Assembly (NCBI GenBank): GCA_963738345.1
Contig: CAVTWI010000002.1
Location: forward strand, 3,421,860 to 3,485,859
DNA from: Bryobacterales bacterium
GTDB lineage: Bacteria > Acidobacteriota > Terriglobia > Bryobacterales > Bryobacteraceae
DNA length: 64,000 nucleotides
Direction of reading: 5' to 3'
Below, piece after piece: positions 58,904 to 64,000 of this stretch (the stretch's first letter is position 1; every line of letters starts with the position of its first letter). The notes beneath the pieces are model-generated. The model was not told the origin of the DNA, ran no database searches, and was given only the letters and a program-made list of their open reading frames with translations. A program made the translations under genes and the position numbers.

Positions 58904-60007
58904 GTGAGATTGCTCGTGCAGCCAGGCGACGGGATTACGCCGTTGATTAAGGGTATTGCCGCCGCGAAGAGCAGCGTCCAGATCGTCATTTTTCGATGCG
59001 ACCGCAAGGAGATCGAGAGAGCGCTGGCGGCGGCCGTGGGCCGTGGCGTAGCCGTGCACGCGTTGATCGCGCATACGAACCGTGCCGGCGAGGAGAATCT
59101 CCGTAGGCTTGAGCTACGCCTGTTGGAAGCGGGCGTAACGGTGGGCAGGACCGCCGACGACCTGGTCCGCTACCATAGCAAGCTGATGATCATCGACCGG
59201 CGGGAATTGTATCTACTGGCTTTCAATTTCACCTACATGGATATTGAACGCAGCCGCAGCTTTGCCGTGATTACGGAAGATCGTTCCTTAGTGCGGGAAG
59301 CCGTTAAGCTCTTTGAGGCCGATACTTCGCGCCAAGCTTATGAATCTTCGTCTAACGAGTTTGTGGTTAGCCCGATCAACGCCCGAAAGCGGCTCTCCGC
59401 ATTCATCACGGGTGCGAAAAAGACCTTGAGTATTTACGATCCAAACGTGGCCGACGCGGCCATGATCAAACTGCTACAGGAGCGGGCGAAGGCGGGCGTT
59501 TCGGTGCGAATTATTGGACGTCTGACGCCGAAGCTGCCAGGGCTGCTGGTTCACAAACTGGCCGATATGCGGCTGCATACACGCACAATCATCCGTGATA
59601 ATCAGAGCGCCTTCGTGGGAAGCCAGAGCCTGCGCACGCTGGAATTGGATGCACGGCGCGAAGTCGGCATCATCTTCCGCAATGCTCAGGCGGTGAGCAA
59701 GCTTACCCGCACGTTTGAAGAGGACTGGGCTCATGCGGAAGAGCGTGGACAACAGGGCGAGGCGGAAATGGCGCCGGCCGCGAAGGTTGCCAAGAAAGTA
59801 GCCAAGGCAATCACTAAGGATTTACCCCCACTGGGAGCTGTGTTGAATGGGGCCGTGAAGGAAGTCTCCGGCGGTAATATTGAAGTGGAAGTGAACCCCG
59901 AAGAAGTGGAACGTATCGTAAAAGAGGTGGTAAAAGAAGCGGTGAGGGACGCCGTGCAAGGCGCCCTGGAGGAAGTAATCGAACAGAACAGCGAGGCTGA
60001 GGGATGA
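58904..60007 (+). CDS. phospholipase D-family protein (HKD motif), acidic C-terminal tail
   Basis: RYHSKLMIID (HxKxxxxD) and a second degenerate motif LHTRTIIRD; GAGGAGG SD before the GTG start. Confidence 0.65.
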   Translation: MRLLVQPGDGITPLIKGIAAAKSSVQIVIFRCDRKEIERALAAAVGRGVAVHALIAHTNRAGEENLRRLELRLLEAGVTVGRTADDLVRYHSKLMIIDRRELYLLAFNFTYMDIERSRSFAVITEDRSLVREAVKLFEADTSRQAYESSSNEFVVSPINARKRLSAFITGAKKTLSIYDPNVADAAMIKLLQERAKAGVSVRIIGRLTPKLPGLLVHKLADMRLHTRTIIRDNQSAFVGSQSLRTLELDARREVGIIFRNAQAVSKLTRTFEEDWAHAEERGQQGEAEMAPAAKVAKKVAKAITKDLPPLGAVLNGAVKEVSGGNIEVEVNPEEVERIVKEVVKEAVRDAVQGALEEVIEQNSEAEG

Positions 60008-60570
60008 TACCGGCGATTTTGCTTTTGCTCCTCTTTGGCCCGCTTCCGCAGAGCGCGCAGGCGCAGGCTAAGGGGAACACGGACTCTCCAATCGCGCAGG
60101 AGTTTGCCAAGCGCGTGGCTGGGTATGTCGACCTGCACAACAGTGTCAAGTCAGAGATTCACAAGTTGAAACCCACGAAGTCGGCGGAAGCCATCAATAT
60201 TCACGAGCACAAGTTTTCTCGGGCACTGAGGCATGCCCGCCGCGGCGTCCGGCAGGGAAATATTTTTAGTGTTGACATCGCGACTGAATTTCGCAGGCTG
60301 ATCGCAACAGCGATGCAGGGCGCCGGCGCCACACGTATCTCGAAGAGCCTGAAGCATGCCGAGCCGGTCCATTTGCCCGCTCTCCGGGTTAACTCGATCT
60401 ACCCCGAGGGCGTGCCCCTGCAATCCACACCTCCGTCGCTATTGCTGAACCTGCCGAAATTGCCTTCGGAATTGGAGTACAGGCTAGTAGGCACAAACTT
60501 GGTCTTGCGGGATGTGGAAGCGAATCTGATTGTCGATCTGATGCCGAACGCTATTCAAACACAGCCATGA
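60004..60570 (+). CDS. hypothetical secreted protein, translationally coupled between PLD and metallophosphoesterase
   Basis: Signal MIPAILLLLLFGPLPQSAQAQA; ATGA overlaps at both ends. Confidence 0.45.
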   Translation: MIPAILLLLLFGPLPQSAQAQAKGNTDSPIAQEFAKRVAGYVDLHNSVKSEIHKLKPTKSAEAINIHEHKFSRALRHARRGVRQGNIFSVDIATEFRRLIATAMQGAGATRISKSLKHAEPVHLPALRVNSIYPEGVPLQSTPPSLLLNLPKLPSELEYRLVGTNLVLRDVEANLIVDLMPNAIQTQP

Positions 60571-61409
60571 GATTCTCTATCGCGATCGTTTTAGTAGCAG
60601 GTCTACAGGCCGCCACCTGTCCGGAACTGAAACTGCCATTGGCCCAGAATTCCGTGCGTTTTGCGGTGATCGGGGATAGCGGCACGGGGGAGCCAGCACA
60701 ATACGAAACAGCCGCGGAGATGACGGCGTGCCGCCAGCCGTTTCCGTTCGACTTTGTCCTGATGCTCGGCGACAATATATACGGCGGCAAGAGCGCCGAC
60801 GATTTCAAACGAAAGTTTGAGGATCCCTACCGGGCGTTGTTGGACGGCGGCGTGAAGTTTTATGCTTCATTGGGCAACCATGACGATTCGAACGAGCGGC
60901 TCTACAAGCCGTTCAATATGGATGGAAAGCGCTACTACAGTTTCAAGCGAGCGAATGCGGAGTTCTTCGCCCTAGATAGCAACTATATGGACCCGGCCCA
61001 GTTGGATTGGCTGACCAAGCAGCTTGACAACTCGCAGGCGAAGTGGAAAATCTGCTTTTTCCATCATCCGTTATATTCGAACGCCAGGACACACGGGCCC
61101 GATGTAGATTTGCGAGCGCAGTTGGAGCCCATCTTCCAGCAACATGGCGTGTGCCTGGTGTTATCCGGACACGAGCACGTGTACGAAAGAATTGCCCCGC
61201 AAAAGGGCATTTACTACTTCGTCCTGGGGAACTCCGGCCAGCTTCGCATGCACGACCTGCGGAAGGCGCCTGAGATTTCGAAGGGTCTGGATACGAATCA
61301 AACGTTCGCAATCATGGAAATCGCCGGTGACGCGTTGACGTTTCAGACGATCTCGCGTACCGGCGAAACGGTAGACTCAGGTTCTTTGTCGTGTACGCCG
61401 CAAAAGTAA
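60567..61409 (+). CDS. calcineurin-like metallophosphoesterase (purple-acid-phosphatase-like)
   Basis: Motifs VIGDSGTG, MLGDNIY, GNHD, FFHHPLYS, GHEHVYER. Confidence 0.8.
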   Translation: MRFSIAIVLVAGLQAATCPELKLPLAQNSVRFAVIGDSGTGEPAQYETAAEMTACRQPFPFDFVLMLGDNIYGGKSADDFKRKFEDPYRALLDGGVKFYASLGNHDDSNERLYKPFNMDGKRYYSFKRANAEFFALDSNYMDPAQLDWLTKQLDNSQAKWKICFFHHPLYSNARTHGPDVDLRAQLEPIFQQHGVCLVLSGHEHVYERIAPQKGIYYFVLGNSGQLRMHDLRKAPEISKGLDTNQTFAIMEIAGDALTFQTISRTGETVDSGSLSCTPQK

Positions 61410-61410
61410 A

Positions 61411-62121
61411 CTAGGCTTCCAACAGTCGTTGCTGCCGAGCCTGGACGCAACGCCGTAGTTCGTCGGAATGCGGCAATGCACCTAATAGGATGAATCCGCC
61501 GAAGACCAGAACTTGGTATTCCCATGCAATGGACGGATGCCGCAGGCGGAACCGGTAGTCGGGCCGTTGTGAGCCCCGCCCGATCAGAGCCAAAGCTTGC
61601 TCCCAATGGATAGCGATGGCGACCGAGGCTACGCAGAAGGGTATCATCTCCAGAAAGCTATGGGTGTGTTGCCTGGCCGGACCGATCAAGCGCTTCGGGG
61701 ACGTGTAGACCACATCGCAAATTGCAGTCAGTTCGTGCAAGACGGCGGCGGACACCAGCATCGCTAACACGCCTGCATTGACTTCGAGGAATAGTGCGCC
61801 CATGACGGCGGGGCCCGCTTCGATCATCATGACCGTATGCAACAGGCTCTCCGAAAGGCCGCTAGTGGTTTCGATCTTCGTGCGGCGGTGCCAGACATAA
61901 TCAAGGAAGCCAGCCGCAAGCCAGACCGGCAGCACGACATAGCCGATGAATCGACGCATCGCCTGATCGCTGCCATCCGGCGCCGTCACCTGCGGCCTTT
62001 TAATGGGGCCCAGAGTTCGAACAACAGGCCGCCGGGACAGCCACATCTTGAAACCAAAGCCGAGGAGAGCCAGCAGGAGTCGTCTCTTCATAGCCACGCG
62101 CCGCTGCACGAAGGAAGCCAT
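61411..62121 (-). CDS. hypothetical 4-TM membrane protein (start uncertain)
   Basis: Hydrophobic helices; full ORF would overlap the VWA gene start, so an internal start (MASF.. or MKRRLLL) is assumed. Confidence 0.4.
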   Translation of the reverse strand: MASFVQRRVAMKRRLLLALLGFGFKMWLSRRPVVRTLGPIKRPQVTAPDGSDQAMRRFIGYVVLPVWLAAGFLDYVWHRRTKIETTSGLSESLLHTVMMIEAGPAVMGALFLEVNAGVLAMLVSAAVLHELTAICDVVYTSPKRLIGPARQHTHSFLEMIPFCVASVAIAIHWEQALALIGRGSQRPDYRFRLRHPSIAWEYQVLVFGGFILLGALPHSDELRRCVQARQQRLLEA

Positions 62122-62174
62122 TGCGATTGCGCGTACCCCCGGAAATTGGCAACATTTTAGTATATAATCGCCCA

Positions 62175-63149
62175 ATGCTTTGGACACCCTTGCAAACGGG
62201 GCTCGCCAGCGTTCTGCTCCTCTGTTCAACTGGCTCGGCCTTTCAGGATCTTGGTGAATCCGGCCCCATTGCGCCAATACGGGTCCGAACCCCGGCGCTC
62301 CCGGTGCCGATTAGCGATCACGCCAATACCATCAGCGTCGATTCTTCTTTGGTCCTGATTCCCGCGCATGTGACCAATTATGCTGGTGCGATCGTCGCCG
62401 GCTTGGCCAAAGAGGATTTCCAAATCACTGAAGACGACGTTCCGCAGAATATCACGCATTTTTCCCTAGATGACGCACCCGCATCCATCGGTTTAATCTA
62501 CGATTGCAGCGGCAGCATGCGCGAAAAAATGCATCGCTCCGCCGTTGCGGCTGAGGCTTTTTTCCGGACGGCAAATCCGGAGGATGAATTTTTCCTTGTG
62601 AAAGTAGGTGATCGGGCGAAACTTGCTATGCCCTTCTCCAACCAGGCGGACGACATTCTGGGCTTGATCGATCGGACTAAGCCCTTCGGACGCACAGCCT
62701 TGTTGGATGGTCTTCAGGTGGCAATGACACAGATGAAAAGAGCGCGCAATTCTCGCAAGGCGCTCGTCATACTTTCCGATGGCGGGGACAATCAAAGTCG
62801 GCGCAACATCCGCCAGATCAAAGCTGGACTAATCGAGTCGGACGTGCAAGTTTACGCCATGGGCCTATTCGAAGCCGAAGGAAAGAAGCAGACTGCGGAG
62901 GAAAGGCGGGGCCCTGAACTGCTTGGAGATCTTACCACGCAGACTGGAGGACGACTCTATCCCGTCACCGATTTAGGGGATTTACCGACAATTAATGCGC
63001 GAATCAGCCACGATGTTCGCACGCAGTATCTGCTCGGATTTACGCCGCGAACTGAAAATCGTGACGGCAAGTATCATCGTGTAAAAGTAACAGTGACATC
63101 GCCTGGATTACGCACCTACTATAGGCCGGGATACTACGCTACGAAGTAG
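62175..63149 (+). CDS. von Willebrand factor A domain protein, secreted
   Basis: MIDAS-like IGLIYDCSGSM, ...LSDGGDNQS; signal peptide; TATATAAT 8 nt before the ATG. Confidence 0.7.
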   Translation: MLWTPLQTGLASVLLLCSTGSAFQDLGESGPIAPIRVRTPALPVPISDHANTISVDSSLVLIPAHVTNYAGAIVAGLAKEDFQITEDDVPQNITHFSLDDAPASIGLIYDCSGSMREKMHRSAVAAEAFFRTANPEDEFFLVKVGDRAKLAMPFSNQADDILGLIDRTKPFGRTALLDGLQVAMTQMKRARNSRKALVILSDGGDNQSRRNIRQIKAGLIESDVQVYAMGLFEAEGKKQTAEERRGPELLGDLTTQTGGRLYPVTDLGDLPTINARISHDVRTQYLLGFTPRTENRDGKYHRVKVTVTSPGLRTYYRPGYYATK

Positions 63150-63154
63150 AAGTA

Positions 63155-63195
63155 TAAGTCGGGGCGGGGCAAGAATTCCCCCGCCCCGACTTCAA
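63155..63195. terminator. bidirectional intrinsic terminator hairpin between convergent VWA (+) and beta-barrel (-) genes
   Basis: GTCGGGGCGGGG-caagaattc-CCCCGCCCCGAC perfect 12-bp inverted repeat, followed by a T/A-rich tract on both strands. Confidence 0.7.
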
Positions 63196-63199
63196 TAAT

Positions 63200-63826
63200 C
63201 TACCAGCGGAAGCCAAAAGTCACAGGCATGTAATCAGTGTGGTAATAGTTGCCGAAAATGCGGTTGTAACGTGCCTCGGCGAAGAATTTGCCGTGCCATT
63301 TAGAACCGAAGGCGATTCCGATTCCGCCATCAATGCCCGGCTTATTGGTTGAGGACGACGCCAGCACCTGCGTGGTAGGCACCGCTACCGGATAGAATCC
63401 GAAGAACGGATCGAACCCGGTGAACACGGCCGTTGACGGCTGGGTGAAATCTTGCTGCCGATGATACAGTCCACCGCCACCGGTAACGTAGAGATCGAAA
63501 TGCGACTTAGGTGTCAAATGCACGATTGGGTCTAGGGTGGCGGAAAACACGTGCAAGCCGCCGCCAGGAACGCCGATGTTTTGAAGTGTCGTGCTATTAA
63601 TACCGAACGAGTTGTAGTTGACGTCGATCATTGCGCCGATGTACGAGTTGAAGTTATATCCGGCACCGGCGCCGACATTCCATCCATAGTCAACGTGACG
63701 TCCGGTGTTGCCAAGCGGCGTGGTGAATCCACCGCCGACATCGAATGCGAAATGCGAAGTTTCCTGCGCGCTCGACACGCCCAGGGCGGTAAGGCCGAAG
63801 CACAACGTTAGGACAAGTTTGTTCAT
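63200..63826 (-). CDS. outer-membrane beta-barrel protein (OmpA-like/porin family fold)
   Basis: Signal MNKLVLTLCFGLTALGVSSAQE; alternating amphipathic strands; C-terminal ...VTFGFRW. Confidence 0.65.
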   Translation of the reverse strand: MNKLVLTLCFGLTALGVSSAQETSHFAFDVGGGFTTPLGNTGRHVDYGWNVGAGAGYNFNSYIGAMIDVNYNSFGINSTTLQNIGVPGGGLHVFSATLDPIVHLTPKSHFDLYVTGGGGLYHRQQDFTQPSTAVFTGFDPFFGFYPVAVPTTQVLASSSTNKPGIDGGIGIAFGSKWHGKFFAEARYNRIFGNYYHTDYMPVTFGFRW

Positions 63827-64000
63827 TGTTAAGTGGTCTCCCAATAAAAGTGAAGCTGAGCCTTGTGGTAGGCTAACCCCTGCACAGTTATTGGCACGAT
63901 GGTTGCCTTTGTTAGAGGCTCAACATCGTTACTTGGAGTTGTGTCCCATCGCTCGAAAGAGGGCTTCCAATGCAGTTTTCTGTAACGCCCAAGCCGTGGC

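Noticed and set aside
1-64000. Search for tRNA, rRNA and CRISPR arrays across the window.
   Set aside because: No GTTCGAATC-type T-loop contexts, no rRNA-like conserved stretches and no regularly spaced direct repeats were noticed by eye. This negative result is weak without a covariance-model scan.

Overview
High-GC (~60-65%) chromosomal fragment whose gene content points to Acidobacteria. Supporting features are GloVer tandem-repeat proteins, choice-of-anchor D domains, CarboxypepD_reg plus TonB-dependent receptor fusions, and many secreted glycoside hydrolases. In window order the content is as follows. (1) A partial M19 dipeptidase and a GloVer repeat protein. (2) A glycan-degradation neighbourhood at 2.3-16.4 kb with a ~1100-aa GH106/GH2-like hydrolase, an ankyrin protein, a CheY-like regulator, an NHL/choice-of-anchor-D protein, a LamG protein, a GH140-like DUF4038 hydrolase and a GH3 beta-glucosidase. 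(3) A TPR protein, a second GloVer protein and an AlkZ/YcaQ-like DNA glycosylase with tandem TTGATCAATGCA repeats upstream. (4) A decayed hypA-hypB hydrogenase-maturation remnant with about 4 frameshifts, followed by a DUF350 gene. (5) DoxX, a di-heme c-type cytochrome lipoprotein and a frameshifted proline iminopeptidase. (6) A ~20 kb minus-strand array running TonB-dependent receptor -> Thr-type alkaline-phosphatase-superfamily ('sulfatase-like') enzyme -> sterol-desaturase-family protein -> three tandem ~1000-aa paralogs (signal peptide + beta-propeller + C-terminal PHP-type metallo-phosphoesterase) -> CPC-type P1B ATPase fused or read through into a His-rich HflK-like SPFH protein -> frameshifted HflC -> a second His-rich HflK. 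(7) An AT-rich islet with a truncated IS1595-family transposase. (8) NRAMP (MntH), PAP2 phosphatase, an MsbA-like ABC exporter, a secreted kinase-like protein, a translationally coupled PLD / hypothetical / metallophosphoesterase trio, a VWA protein and an OM beta-barrel. No rRNA, tRNA or CRISPR was recognised. Frameshifts are numerous but clustered. At least one lies in a G8 homopolymer, so sequencing error versus genuine pseudogenisation must be resolved with reads. My base-level reading of the printed sequence showed occasional 1-nt disagreements with the ORF-track coordinates. ORF-track coordinates are used as authoritative, and start-codon refinements are approximate.
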